From Anaerolineaceae bacterium (GTDB lineage: Bacteria; Chloroflexota; Anaerolineae; Anaerolineales; Anaerolineaceae): DNA of 64,000 nt. Shown in pieces: positions 48,184 through 58,053 of this stretch. How positions within the stretch are numbered: position 1 is the stretch's first letter; each line of letters opens with the position of its first letter. The position numbers and the translations under genes are program-made. Location: positions 10,271-74,270 of the forward strand of contig DAOUFF010000049.1 of NCBI GenBank assembly GCA_034430195.1, given 5' to 3'. The notes beneath the pieces were generated by a model, which worked only from the letters and a program-made list of their open reading frames with translations, was not told where the DNA came from and made no database searches.

Positions 48184-49845
48184 TCAGTCTTCCCCGGGTA
48201 ACATCGGGATCTGGATGTGATGTTCACGGGCAAATTTGATGGCGGTTTCATAGCCGGCATCGGCATGGCGGACGACGCCCATGCCTGGGTCAACCCTCAG
48301 CACGCGCTGCAGGCGCAGGGCGGCTTCGGGGGTGCCATCAGCCACAATCACCTGGCCAGCGTGCTGGCTGTAACCAATGCCCACACCCCCACCATGGTGG
48401 AACGACACCCAGGTGGCTCCGTTGACGGCATTGATGAGGGCGTTCAAAATCGGCCAGTCGCTGACCGCATCGGTGCCATCGCGCATGGCCTCGGTCTCGC
48501 GGTTGGGGGAGGCCACCGAACCTGCGTCCAGATGGTCGCGTCCGATCACAATTGGAGCGCTGACGATGCCATCCGCTACCAGCTGGTTGAAGGCCAGCCC
48601 GGCTTTGGCGCGCTCCCCATAACCCAGCCAGCAGATGCGGGCGGGCAGGCCCTGGAAAGGAACCCGTTCGCGCGCCATGCGCAGCCAGCGGTGCAGATGT
48701 TCGTTCTCAGGGAAGAGGGCCATGATGGCCTCGTCCGTGCGGTAGATGTCTTCGGGGTCGCCTGAGAGGGCCACCCAGCGGAAAGGCCCTTTACCCTCAC
48801 AGAATAGCGGGCGGATGTAGGCCGGCACAAAGCCCGGGAAGTTAAAGGCCTCCTTTACGCCCTGATCGAGTGCGTGTTGGCGGATGTTGTTGCCGTAGTC
48901 AAAGACAATCGCGCCTTTCTTTTGGAAGGCCAGCATCGCCTCCACATGGCGCGCCATCGTCTGCAGTGAAAGCTGGGTATAGCGCGCCGGGTCAGCCTGG
49001 CGCAGTTGATTGGCAGCAGTCAGGCTCATGCCAGCCGGCACGTAAGAAAGCGGATCATGGGCTGAGGTTTGATCGGTGACCACATCCGGGATGACACCGC
49101 GCAGCACCAGTTCCGTGTGCACATCAGCGGCATTGCCGATCAGTCCGATGGAGCGCGGGATTTTTTGCGCCACCGCTTCTTCCACCAGGGTCATGGCTTC
49201 TTCCAGGTTATCGGTTACCATTTCAACGTAGCCGATTTCGAGCCGCTTGCGTGCCCGCTCGGGGTCAACTTCTACAATCAGGCCCACGCCTTCGTTCATG
49301 GTGATGGCCATAGGCTGCGCGCCACCCATTCCACCCAGACCGGCTGTAAGCACAAATTTGCCTTTAAGTGAGGGCCAGCCCTGTTCCTTGGCCAGCGAGC
49401 CAAAAGTTTCATAGGTACCCTGAAGAATTCCCTGGGTGCCAATGTAAATCCAGGATCCAGCTGTCATCTGCCCGTACATCATCAGGCCGCGGGCAGCCAG
49501 GTCGTCAAAATGGGCCTGGGTGGCCCAATGTGGCACCAGGTTCGAATTGGCGATCAGCACACGGGGCGCGTCGCGGTGGGTCTTGAATACGGCAACCGGT
49601 TTACCGGATTGCACCAGCAGCGTTTCATCTTCTTCCAGGTGTTTGAGGGTTTCCAATATGGCGTCGAAAGCTTCCCATGAGCGTGCAGCCTGACCGCGGC
49701 CGCCATAGACAACCAGTGCTTCGGGCCGCTCCGCCACTGCCGGGTCGAGGTTGTTTTGGATCATGCGGTAGGCCGCTTCAATCTGCCAGTTCTTGCAAGT
49801 CAGTTGGTTCCCGCGGGGTGCGTGTACAATTCTTGGTCCAGTCAT
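48184..49845 (-). CDS. hutU: Urocanate hydratase
   Basis: Start moved to [12 protein letters not shown] (AGGAG lies 11 nt upstream). [55 protein letters not shown]. Confidence 0.9.
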   Translation of the reverse strand: MTGPRIVHAPRGNQLTCKNWQIEAAYRMIQNNLDPAVAERPEALVVYGGRGQAARSWEAFDAILETLKHLEEDETLLVQSGKPVAVFKTHRDAPRVLIANSNLVPHWATQAHFDDLAARGLMMYGQMTAGSWIYIGTQGILQGTYETFGSLAKEQGWPSLKGKFVLTAGLGGMGGAQPMAITMNEGVGLIVEVDPERARKRLEIGYVEMVTDNLEEAMTLVEEAVAQKIPRSIGLIGNAADVHTELVLRGVIPDVVTDQTSAHDPLSYVPAGMSLTAANQLRQADPARYTQLSLQTMARHVEAMLAFQKKGAIVFDYGNNIRQHALDQGVKEAFNFPGFVPAYIRPLFCEGKGPFRWVALSGDPEDIYRTDEAIMALFPENEHLHRWLRMARERVPFQGLPARICWLGYGERAKAGLAFNQLVADGIVSAPIVIGRDHLDAGSVASPNRETEAMRDGTDAVSDWPILNALINAVNGATWVSFHHGGGVGIGYSQHAGQVIVADGTPEAALRLQRVLRVDPGMGVVRHADAGYETAIKFAREHHIQIPMLPGED

Positions 49846-49881
49846 CGGGTGAGATCTCCTGAATTCAGTTTTGTTTGATCT

Positions 49882-49887
49882 GATTAT
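49882..49887 (-). promoter_or_regulatory. Candidate -10 box for hutU
   Basis: The reverse strand reads CATGTATAATCAG, 36 nt upstream of ATG 49845. Confidence 0.3.
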
Positions 49888-49953
49888 ACATGAGTGTGCT
49901 GGCACGCACTGGCTGGCTTTTTTGAGCGTGTTAGCCAGAGGGGACGGACTGGC

Positions 49954-50490
49954 TCAGCAGCGGAGCAAAGCCATCGCCAGGCAGGCCTGCCACGTTATGA
50001 CCTTGACCCGGGCGTCAAGCAGGGCCTGCTTCAATTCGTCAGGGGTAAGCAGCAGCAGGTGCTGCTCTTCCAGGTCGTCAGAATCCACCGGCCCGGTTTG
50101 GCTGGCCCCACGTGCCAGGTAGTAAAAGCCGGTACCGTTGCCACGGTTGGCATCGGTGGCAAACGCGCCCAAAAAGGTCCAGTCTTTGGCTTCGCAGCCG
50201 GTTTCTTCTTTGAGCTCGCGTTGGGCTGCAGCCAGTGGATCTTCGCCCGGGCGGATATATCCGCCGACAGGCGCCAGGGTTACCCCCTGAACGGCATACT
50301 TGGTTTGTTCAAAAACCAAAAAGCGGCTCTCCGGGTCTTGCGCAGCCACAATCACAAAATTGGGCGTGTCCAGCCAAATCCAATCGCGGATCAACTGCCC
50401 ATCGGGCAGCTGCAAGTCGCGCGCCTCAACGCGGATCCAGGGCTGCTGTTCAAAGATGAGGCGGCTTGAAAGGGTCTGCCAGGGTTCCAT
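49954..50490 (-). CDS. NUDIX hydrolase
   Basis: Nudix box GGYIRPGEDPLAAAQRELKEETG. Confidence 0.85.
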   Translation of the reverse strand: MEPWQTLSSRLIFEQQPWIRVEARDLQLPDGQLIRDWIWLDTPNFVIVAAQDPESRFLVFEQTKYAVQGVTLAPVGGYIRPGEDPLAAAQRELKEETGCEAKDWTFLGAFATDANRGNGTGFYYLARGASQTGPVDSDDLEEQHLLLLTPDELKQALLDARVKVITWQACLAMALLRC

Positions 50491-50496
50491 GCCAGC

Positions 50497-51105
50497 TCAG
50501 CTTGGGTCAGCGTATTGCAACTGCAGATCGGCGGCGCTGACCGTGATGTCGCGCAGGGAATCGAAGCTCAGATCCCTGAAGGTATACCCGTTGCGAGCTT
50601 TGAGGCGGTAAAACAGGTCGGTGTAACTGGTGTTGACGCGGGCTTGCCAGTCCAGCCCCAGCAGGTCTGAAACCTGGCGCACCAGCTGCGGGGTACGGCC
50701 TTCCAGTTCCACAAAATTACCGATGGGCAGCTCATCCAATGATAAGGTCAGCCCTTCAAGGCGGTAATTTTGACGAAACTTTTCGTAGATGAAAAAAACC
50801 TGATAACCCAGATGTTCCAAAAGACGGTCGGCGGCTGCAAAATCACTGACCTCAAACTCAATTTCTGTACGGGTTAAGACCCCTTCCTGGACGAAACCCG
50901 ATCCTTTGAAGGTTAACCGCGCGGCGGTGTCTTGGCGCAGGCGCAGCACTTCCTGCTTCTGCCGGAGGTTCTGGGTTGGGGTGTCATAGCGCCAGTTAAT
51001 TTCGCGGACGCGCGGCTGTATGAGCTGCCCGCCTAGCGCGAGTGTCTTTTGCTTGATTTGTTCCAGGTTTTTTACCAGGTATTTCACCTCAATTTCTTGA
51101 TCCAT
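50497..51105 (-). CDS. CYTH domain protein (triphosphate tunnel metalloenzyme / class IV adenylate cyclase family)
   Basis: N-terminal EIEVKY (ExExK), with repeated acidic and basic beta-strand motifs (LRLRQD, TRTEIEFEV). Confidence 0.75.
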   Translation of the reverse strand: MDQEIEVKYLVKNLEQIKQKTLALGGQLIQPRVREINWRYDTPTQNLRQKQEVLRLRQDTAARLTFKGSGFVQEGVLTRTEIEFEVSDFAAADRLLEHLGYQVFFIYEKFRQNYRLEGLTLSLDELPIGNFVELEGRTPQLVRQVSDLLGLDWQARVNTSYTDLFYRLKARNGYTFRDLSFDSLRDITVSAADLQLQYADPS

Positions 51106-51106
51106 C

Positions 51107-51571
51107 TTACAGTTCCTTTCTTTTGTGCCATGTCACCAGCAAAATTGCGAGGATGGCCAGCCAAAGCGCCTGCAGGGCTACGACAAAGGGGGCGTTCCCG
51201 GCTGGCTGATCGGGCGCCCAAAGCAGCAGACGTTCAAGCCACAAGCTGAGAGTAGTAAAGAGAAATGCCAGCAGCAAGAGTATTGGTCTTTTTTGCCGGC
51301 CAAAGCGCAGGCTGCCCCAGGCCAGGGCATTTAGCAGCGCGCTCAATGCGCCCTGAGCAATCAGAAAGATCAGCTGCGATTGGGTCATCCCAACCGAGCC
51401 TAAAAGGGTGCCCTGGCGCAAAACGCCATAAACCCGCAGCAGGCCGCTGAGGGCATGCGCCAAAAATATGCAGCGGGCCAATACTTCCCAAAAAGATGGT
51501 CGTGTTTTCTGAAGGCCCGGGTGGGTTGAGGCTACGCCCTGGTCGGGCAGAGCAGAAAGGCGCGCTTTCAC
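51107..51571 (-). CDS. Hypothetical integral membrane protein
   Basis: About 4 TM helices. ATGA overlap with the upstream gene, and 1-nt spacing to the CYTH gene. Confidence 0.5.
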   Translation of the reverse strand: MKARLSALPDQGVASTHPGLQKTRPSFWEVLARCIFLAHALSGLLRVYGVLRQGTLLGSVGMTQSQLIFLIAQGALSALLNALAWGSLRFGRQKRPILLLLAFLFTTLSLWLERLLLWAPDQPAGNAPFVVALQALWLAILAILLVTWHKRKEL

Positions 51572-53214
51572 AGCTGCCCCTGTACAGAGCTGTCACAAAG
51601 CAGGCCCAGGCGGGCCAGCTCGGCGCGGACTTTTTCCGCTGCGCCCTCTTTGACGATGACTGTGGCTGGCCCAAGCGCCTCGCCCAGGTGCCGACCGGCT
51701 GGGGAATCGCGCAGCATCTGTAACTGGTCTGGCGTCTTAAGGCGAAGTACCGTAAGGGAGTCCAGGCGCGCTTCTGGGCCTTCATTTTCCCAGCGGATCA
51801 ATGCTTTAACCAACACTGGCGCAACAGCCCGGGTGGTGTATTTGCGCAATAGCCGGGTGAGATGGCGCACAGTCAGCCCCTGGGCGGAGGCCCGCTTCAG
51901 GGAGGCAGGGGTAATGCGGCCTACAAAGCGCTGCCGCTCGCTTTTCTGCCATTCTGTGAAGCGCGCCAGCTGGTAGCGGGCCAGGAGCGGCACAGGCCCT
52001 TCCATCCTGATTTCACCGACCGGGCTGGCGCTAACAGTGCCGTCCGTTGCGGGCATGCCGGGCGGCAGGTCGCCCATCAAGGCGCTTCCAGCCCAGGCAT
52101 GTTTGAGAAAAAGATCGCCACTCGGGCCGCCAGGTGTAGTCTCCACAAGACCCATCCAGGGCAAGAGCTCCAGCAGCACGAAGCGCAGCCAGGCGCCTTC
52201 AACCTCATCCCAGTAATCTTCCCCCAGAAGGAGCGGGGAACCCGGGACGTTGTGGCGGATCATCCACGACAGAAAGTCGCCGCTTTGGCGCAGGAAGTAA
52301 AAGTGCTCCTTGCGGATCTGGTTCAGCAAGTCATCAAAACGCAGCCAGGTTTCATCTGGCAAAGCTGCGATGTAATTCAAGAACCACCGCCTGGGCGGCA
52401 GCGGCGCGGCGCGCCAGGTGCCCTCGCAGCGCAGACCCGGAATCAGACGCAACTCGTCAAAGCTGGCGCTGGCCGCCCAGGCACCGGTTAGCCAGGTCAG
52501 GGCGGCGCTGCGCGGCTGGGTCATGAAGCTGCGGGCATTGTCGGCCAGGGTTGGGCTCTTGCCATCCCACAGCCCAGTTTCTTGCAGCAAGTGGGCAAGT
52601 ACCGGCCAATGCCATGGCGGCGCGTCGCTCATTTTGAGCAATTCGGCTGACTGATCCAGGCGTTGGGCGGCAAAGAAGGTGCAGATTTCGTCCAGGATCG
52701 TTCCGCCAGGCAAGACGGCCTCGGTGGCGGGAGCTGCCTGGGGGGCAAGCGTGGGTGCTTCGGCCGGCAGTGTCGCTTCACTGAAAAGCTGCGCCCAGGG
52801 GAGAAACTCCTGCGGAAGGCAAGCCACCTCGGCGCTGTCGCCGCTTCCGCTTACAAATTCACGGCTGATGAGGCTGCGATAAAAAAGTCGCTCGGTGGTG
52901 CTGGCGGGGAACAAATGCGGCTTTTCGCGGTCGCGTCTGGCTGGCCCCATCGGTCGCAGTGGGCCGTATTGGTGAACAAATTGTGCCCAGGGCATGCTGC
53001 CGCCGTTTGCGCTCAGCTGTGCGAGAGCTGCTTGGGCTGGCGCAGGCAGCGCTGTAAAAACCTCCTGCAGCAGTTCTTCGTTAGCGAGAGCGGACGCTAG
53101 GTCGCGTGCCATTGTCCGCGCCTCGCGCGCGGAAGAATTGACCCCCCACAGTTCAGCCACGGCTCGCAAGAAACTGATATCATGGCTGCTGAGGCTTTGA
53201 AATAATGTAGGCAT
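51568..53214 (-). CDS. Hypothetical protein with C-terminal XPB-type helicase-associated (Helicase_C_3-like) region
   Basis: 548 aa. The C-terminal GRITPASLKRASAQGLTVRHLTRLLRKYTTRAVAPVLVKALIRWENEG ... LTVLRLKTPDQLQMLRD resembles the domain found N-terminal to bacterial XPB helicases. No helicase motifs are present. Confidence 0.4.
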   Translation of the reverse strand: MPTLFQSLSSHDISFLRAVAELWGVNSSAREARTMARDLASALANEELLQEVFTALPAPAQAALAQLSANGGSMPWAQFVHQYGPLRPMGPARRDREKPHLFPASTTERLFYRSLISREFVSGSGDSAEVACLPQEFLPWAQLFSEATLPAEAPTLAPQAAPATEAVLPGGTILDEICTFFAAQRLDQSAELLKMSDAPPWHWPVLAHLLQETGLWDGKSPTLADNARSFMTQPRSAALTWLTGAWAASASFDELRLIPGLRCEGTWRAAPLPPRRWFLNYIAALPDETWLRFDDLLNQIRKEHFYFLRQSGDFLSWMIRHNVPGSPLLLGEDYWDEVEGAWLRFVLLELLPWMGLVETTPGGPSGDLFLKHAWAGSALMGDLPPGMPATDGTVSASPVGEIRMEGPVPLLARYQLARFTEWQKSERQRFVGRITPASLKRASAQGLTVRHLTRLLRKYTTRAVAPVLVKALIRWENEGPEARLDSLTVLRLKTPDQLQMLRDSPAGRHLGEALGPATVIVKEGAAEKVRAELARLGLLCDSSVQGQL

Positions 53215-53266
53215 TTTGGATGCGCTTGCTTACTTTGTCAGTCGGCAATCTCGGCGTGAAGAGCAA

Positions 53267-53920
53267 TTACTCCACCTTGACTGCACGGACTCCTTCAATC
53301 CCGGAAATCTTCTCCACCAGGTCTTCAACTTTCTCGTTGCCGGCAATTTGCGCCACAACTTCCATGCGCAAGTGCTTATGACGAATGCTTTTACGGGTGG
53401 AATAGCCTAATTTGCGCTGCACGTTGGCATTGATGACCTCGCGCACTTCATGAACGGTGCGGTTGATGTCATCTACATCCACCACGATTTCACAAATCCG
53501 GCTGGCACGGATGAAGCGGTGTTCAAATGTATCCAAAAGGCCTAAAACAATCAGGATGAGGACGGTCGCGATGATGCCAATCCAATAGTCGCCATGGCCG
53601 ATGACCATGCCGATTACTGCCATCGTCCAAAGGGTTGAAGCTGTCGTCAGCCCTTTAATATTGAAGCCAAAGCGCAAAATGGCTCCTGCGCCCAGGAAAC
53701 CAATGCCTGAAACCACTTGGGCGGCGATGCGGGCTGGATCAGTGCCAAATTCACTTGCAATGTTAATCGAAAGGATCATGGCCAGGCAGGCCCCCAAGAC
53801 CAAGATCATATGCGTGCGCAGCCCGGCCGGTTGGCCATCCCGCTCTCTTTCGAAGCCGACCAACCCGCCCAACAGCAGCGAGACGACAATCCGGATTAGA
53901 ATTTGTTCAGTTTCAATCAT
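53267..53920 (-). CDS. MgtC/SapB family membrane protein with C-terminal ACT-like domain
   Basis: RIVVSLLLGGLVGFERERDGQPAGLRTHMILVLGACL. Confidence 0.8.
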   Translation of the reverse strand: MIETEQILIRIVVSLLLGGLVGFERERDGQPAGLRTHMILVLGACLAMILSINIASEFGTDPARIAAQVVSGIGFLGAGAILRFGFNIKGLTTASTLWTMAVIGMVIGHGDYWIGIIATVLILIVLGLLDTFEHRFIRASRICEIVVDVDDINRTVHEVREVINANVQRKLGYSTRKSIRHKHLRMEVVAQIAGNEKVEDLVEKISGIEGVRAVKVE

Positions 53921-54047
53921 GGCTGCTTCCTGCGCTGTAACTTGCCTGTCGTAGCATTAGCGGTGATCTTTGATTTTATCATGTAATGATTAGGGTTAAC
54001 CTGGGGCATGAACCAATAATTTTTAGACCGCTGCATAAAATTTTGGA

Positions 54048-54053
54048 TATAAT
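54048..54053 (+). promoter_or_regulatory. Candidate -10 box for ptsH
   Basis: TTGGATATAATTG; TATAAT ends 32 nt before ATG 54086. GGGAGGA RBS at 54074-54080. Confidence 0.35.
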
Positions 54054-54085
54054 TGCACCATTATCGTCACTTTGGGAGGAACAGA

Positions 54086-54355
54086 ATGCCCAGCATTGAT
54101 TTGGAAATCACCAATAAAACCGGTCTGCACGCCCGTCCGGCGGCGCTGTTTGTACAAGAAGCGAATAAATTTAAAAGCAAAATAACCGTTCGCAAAGGCG
54201 AAAAGGAAGTGAATGCCAAGAGCATCCTAGGGGTGCTGACGCTGGGTGCTTCCCGCGGTACGCGGGTTACAGTGAACGCTGAAGGTGAAGACGAACAGGA
54301 AGCATTGGAAGCGCTGAAAACGCTGCACGCCAATAATTTTGGCGAAACGGAATAA
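54086..54355 (+). CDS. ptsH: Phosphocarrier protein HPr
   Basis: Start moved to MPSIDLEITNKTGLHARPAA (His15 site). NAKSILGVLTLGA (Ser46 site). Confidence 0.85.
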   Translation: MPSIDLEITNKTGLHARPAALFVQEANKFKSKITVRKGEKEVNAKSILGVLTLGASRGTRVTVNAEGEDEQEALEALKTLHANNFGETE

Positions 54356-54396
54356 AAAACAAACAGCATCCGGCTCAAAAGCCGGATGCTGTTTTG
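54354..54396. terminator. Bidirectional intrinsic terminator (ptsH / convergent degV)
   Basis: Perfect 12-bp stem ACAGCATCCGGC (54363-54374) / GCCGGATGCTGT (54381-54392), loop TCAAAA. T-run after it on the plus strand, A6 before it (a T-run on the minus strand). Confidence 0.85.
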
Positions 54397-54409
54397 ATGA
54401 TTGATTACA

Positions 54410-55273
54410 TTAAGGCACAATAGGCAGCGCGTCGCGGGCAGCGAAGACCACGCCCACCATTCCCCTCCCTGTATGGGCACCCAGGGCGGTTCCAAGTGAA
54501 ACCACCGGCAACCACTCCACAGTGAACATCTGATTAACCTCAGCACGCAGCGCTTCAGCGCCTTGCGGATTGCCCGCCGAGACAATTTGAGCGCGCAGCG
54601 CGGATTGCGCCGGCACGCTGTGGGCCATCAATTCAGGGATGGATGCCAACGCTTTTTGGAAGGAGCGTTTTTTACTTTTGTCGTAATACTTCCCATCTTC
54701 CTGGCTGACTTCGATCACCGGTTTAATCCCCAGCAGCGAGGCAAGCAGCCCTTTCAGGTGGCTGATGCGCCCACCCGCAATCAGATACTTCAACTCGGGG
54801 AGGGTGAAAAGCGCATGCGTGGCATCTTGGATCTGGCGCAGCTTGCGCAGGATCACATCTTTGGGGGTAGATGCCTTGGCCATTTCAGCGGCGGCCAGCA
54901 CTTGCCAGGCCGTACCGGCCGAGAGGGTCAGAGTATCAATGACGGTAATATCGGCCTCTTTAACCAGGCTGGCCCCTTGAACGGCGGCATTGTATGTGCC
55001 GCTTAATCCGGAGGAAAGGTGAATCGAGATGATTTGCGGGTCATCTGCCGCCAGGCGCCGGTATAGCGCCTCGAACTCACCCACAGAGGGTGTCGAAGTC
55101 ACCGGCATAACCGGGCTGGCATCCATCAGGTCGTAAAACTCATCCGGCGTGATATCTATGCCACTTTGATACGATTTACCATTAACTTCCACTTTAAGCG
55201 GGAGCATAGATACGCCGATTTTTTGACAATCCTCAAAGGACAAATCCGCGCCACTGTCGGTCACAATTTTCAT
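54410..55273 (-). CDS. DegV family fatty-acid-binding protein (second copy)
   Basis: MKIVTDSGADLSFEDCQKIGVSMLPLKVEVNGKSYQSG. Confidence 0.85.
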   Translation of the reverse strand: MKIVTDSGADLSFEDCQKIGVSMLPLKVEVNGKSYQSGIDITPDEFYDLMDASPVMPVTSTPSVGEFEALYRRLAADDPQIISIHLSSGLSGTYNAAVQGASLVKEADITVIDTLTLSAGTAWQVLAAAEMAKASTPKDVILRKLRQIQDATHALFTLPELKYLIAGGRISHLKGLLASLLGIKPVIEVSQEDGKYYDKSKKRSFQKALASIPELMAHSVPAQSALRAQIVSAGNPQGAEALRAEVNQMFTVEWLPVVSLGTALGAHTGRGMVGVVFAARDALPIVP

Positions 55274-55470
55274 TTTTCCTCTTTCTTTCCGCTGGCGTCC
55301 GGCGTGACCCGCCGCATCGCTGCGCCTAATGTGCAGTTTAATTTTTGATTCTGGACTGGCCTAGTCTTCAACTGGCATCAGACATAATCCTATCATAACT
55401 ATACACAAAATGACAAGGTGTATGATAGTAGAAACGTGTTTATAAAGAGCAAACTGAAGAAGATAAAGCA

Positions 55471-55497
55471 GCGGCGCGTCAAATCTTGACGCGCCGC
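55471..55497 (-). terminator. Hairpin terminator downstream of the 849-aa phosphohexomutase gene
   Basis: GCGGCGCGTCAA-ATC-TTGACGCGCCGC, a perfect 12-bp stem 6 nt after the stop. On the minus strand it is followed by TGCTTTATCTTCTTC, a weak U-tract. Confidence 0.5.
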
Positions 55498-55503
55498 CAG
55501 AGG

Positions 55504-58053
55504 CTAAGCAAGCGCCTGCAGCCAGGCTGAAAGCACTTTCCGATTTCGCTTCTCGACTGCGCGGGTCATCTGCAGGATCTTTTCCTGGATGTCTGCCCGA
55601 TCCCAGCCGTTAGTTTGAATCAACCCATTGACAACAGTGACAATGGCCGGCGTCAGCGAAGTTTGCGACAGCATGTCGACCAGGTGCCACGGCGAATGCG
55701 CTTTACGCAGGCATTCGATGGTAATTGTTTCCAGGCGGGCCAGGGCTTCTTTCATCAGGCGCCGTCCGACCTGTGGGTCGCTTGATTCGATATAAATCCG
55801 GTTGATCGGCTCGGTCCCTGAGGCGCGTACCCGCAGGTAATGGCGGTCGCTGCCGGCCTCATCGATCAGCTGCATTTCTACCAGTTCGTAGCGGATGCCG
55901 CCCAGGTATTCCACCTTCAGGCCACCCACCCGTACTTCCGCGGCCGGCGTCGTTTCTGCCAGGTCAAGGTAGTAGTTGATGAAGCCTTCCTTGGCTTCCA
56001 GTGGCGCATCCACATCCGCACGGCCAGCGTGCGAAGTTGGGTCGGTAGACGTGCCAAACGATTCCCACAGCCCCGGCTTGCTCACCAATTCAGCCCAGAT
56101 ATCCTGCAGGGTATTCAGCGGCTTGTCGGCGCGGGTTCCATAATATGCCATCATGTCCATGATCAGCAAGTTGGCCCACGGCCCATCTTTATCGGTTATG
56201 TGGCCGCGGGTTGTCAGGCCGGAGGATTCTTCCCCACCAATCAATATCCGGTCGCGCCAGTCTGACGGCAGCTGCTTCAGCGTGTTGTAGGCGCTATCCA
56301 TCCGGCGGATTTCTTCAATGTATTTGATGCCCACCGGTACCATAAAGGCATATTTCAGCACGCGCGAAGAAATGTCGCCAATGCGGGGTTTGTAGATGAT
56401 CTGGCCGATATAACCGGGCAAAACGCCTTCAGCTGGCCGGTTTTCCACATTTCCCGGGATCATGCCGGCGATTGGCTCCAACAGGGGTGACCCGGTTTGA
56501 GTGGCGATCACCCGGCCGGTCAGACCGCGCTCTACGCCCAGGTAATATGTGAGCATCGGCAGGATCTGATTGGGGCGCAAGTAAACGCCGCCTTTGTCGA
56601 TGACGCCGTAACGGTCAGCGTCGGTATCCATTCCCATGCCGAGTTGGGCGCCAGTTTTGGCCACTGTTTCTTTGAGTAGATTGTTGTAGGGTTCTTCCGG
56701 GTTGGCGTAATCCTGCCCGCCAAGCTCGGGGTCGACCTCGGCATGAATGACAGTGTGCCGAACTCCAGCTTCGCCAAGCAGCCGGGTCAGATAGCCGCGG
56801 CCGGCGCCATGCATTTCGTCAACGACCACCATCTTATCCGCAAAAAACGTCCGGATGCGGTCAAAGTCGATCGGGATGCGGGCATTGCCCTGTCCGTTTT
56901 CCTTAATCCAGCTCACATATTTATCCAGCGGGTCAAACCTGCGCACCAATCCGCGCATCTCCGCCGCGTTCACCTGGGCTGATCCGCCTTCCTGGTCTTC
57001 CAATTGAAGTTCATTGATGCGGAAAGCAATGAAGTCGGTGACGTTGGTCGGAGCCGGGTACCCCAGGCGTGGGTTAAATTTGATCCCCTGCCATTCTGGC
57101 GGGTTATGGCTGGCGGTGGCGATGATCAACCCGGCCACATCATCTGTGGGCAGGGCTTCGGTCTCATAGAACGCCAGGGCGGGGGTGGGTACATCGCGCG
57201 TAGCAACATCCACCCGGAAGCCATTTGCCAAAACAGTTTCAGTCACCCATTGAATGACCACGTCCGAGTTGCGGCGGGTATCGTGGCCGAGAACCACGCG
57301 CTTCCCACTCAAGTCTTCAGCGCCCACAAACGCGGGCACCAGGCGGTTATTCATAAAATCACAGACGGCCTGCACGACTTGCCGGGCGCGCTTTTCGGTA
57401 AAGTCGTTGCCCCAGCGCCCACGCACGCCGGAAGTGCCGAAACGCAAATACTTTCGGTCGTAAATCTCGCGCAGCAAGCCTTGTCGGCCGGGGGCACCCA
57501 GCAGCAGCGGGTCATTGGTGCGTAGGCGCAGCGCGTAGAGGCGCTCGAAGATATTGCCAATTTGAATCACACGATATGCCATGAAGCGGTCTGGATCCTG
57601 CTGCGGGTCCAGGGTTTCCAAAAGCGGCAGCACCTCGAAGGTTATGTCTTCTCTGAGGGGGTCGAAAGCAGGGCTGCTCAAGTAAGACCGGGCGATGCTG
57701 ATCGCCTTGCGGCGCATCGCACCCGACCGGGGCAGGTAATCCTTATCGATTTGCTGGCGGTAGGCCTCGCCGTTTTGGCCTTTGGGCAGGTAAAGCTCCA
57801 GGCGGCCTTGGGTTCCGGTGGCTGCCAGGGTTAGCAGCAGGCTGATCACCCGCGAAGATGTCAACAGGTCTTGGCTGATCTGCTCTGGGTGCTTTGCCAA
57901 CCAGTCCTCAAGTTCACCTAAGAAGTCTTCCATGGCGGCAATCGCCGGCTGCCATTTTTCCGGCTGGTCAGCTTCTAAAATATTGCGGTTCAGGGCGTTA
58001 AAGCGGCTGGCAAGGCTGGCGCGAAAGCTGCTATCGGTGGTATCGACTTTCAT
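55504..58053 (-). CDS. Alpha-D-phosphohexomutase superfamily enzyme with ~200-aa N-terminal and ~60-aa C-terminal extensions
   Basis: FGTSGVRG, TASHNPPEWQGIKF (phospho-Ser), GMDTDADRYG (Mg site), GGEESSG (sugar loop), RASGTEP (phosphate loop). 849 aa. ATGA overlap with the glmM stop. Confidence 0.8.
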   Translation of the reverse strand: MKVDTTDSSFRASLASRFNALNRNILEADQPEKWQPAIAAMEDFLGELEDWLAKHPEQISQDLLTSSRVISLLLTLAATGTQGRLELYLPKGQNGEAYRQQIDKDYLPRSGAMRRKAISIARSYLSSPAFDPLREDITFEVLPLLETLDPQQDPDRFMAYRVIQIGNIFERLYALRLRTNDPLLLGAPGRQGLLREIYDRKYLRFGTSGVRGRWGNDFTEKRARQVVQAVCDFMNNRLVPAFVGAEDLSGKRVVLGHDTRRNSDVVIQWVTETVLANGFRVDVATRDVPTPALAFYETEALPTDDVAGLIIATASHNPPEWQGIKFNPRLGYPAPTNVTDFIAFRINELQLEDQEGGSAQVNAAEMRGLVRRFDPLDKYVSWIKENGQGNARIPIDFDRIRTFFADKMVVVDEMHGAGRGYLTRLLGEAGVRHTVIHAEVDPELGGQDYANPEEPYNNLLKETVAKTGAQLGMGMDTDADRYGVIDKGGVYLRPNQILPMLTYYLGVERGLTGRVIATQTGSPLLEPIAGMIPGNVENRPAEGVLPGYIGQIIYKPRIGDISSRVLKYAFMVPVGIKYIEEIRRMDSAYNTLKQLPSDWRDRILIGGEESSGLTTRGHITDKDGPWANLLIMDMMAYYGTRADKPLNTLQDIWAELVSKPGLWESFGTSTDPTSHAGRADVDAPLEAKEGFINYYLDLAETTPAAEVRVGGLKVEYLGGIRYELVEMQLIDEAGSDRHYLRVRASGTEPINRIYIESSDPQVGRRLMKEALARLETITIECLRKAHSPWHLVDMLSQTSLTPAIVTVVNGLIQTNGWDRADIQEKILQMTRAVEKRNRKVLSAWLQALA

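Noticed and set aside
55390-55428. Imperfect inverted repeat CTATCATA..ATACAC / GTGTATGATAG upstream of the second degV, as a possible operator
   Set aside because: The arms align only with a 6-nt insertion, giving two alternative 6-8-bp pairings. This is too degenerate to call without comparative data.
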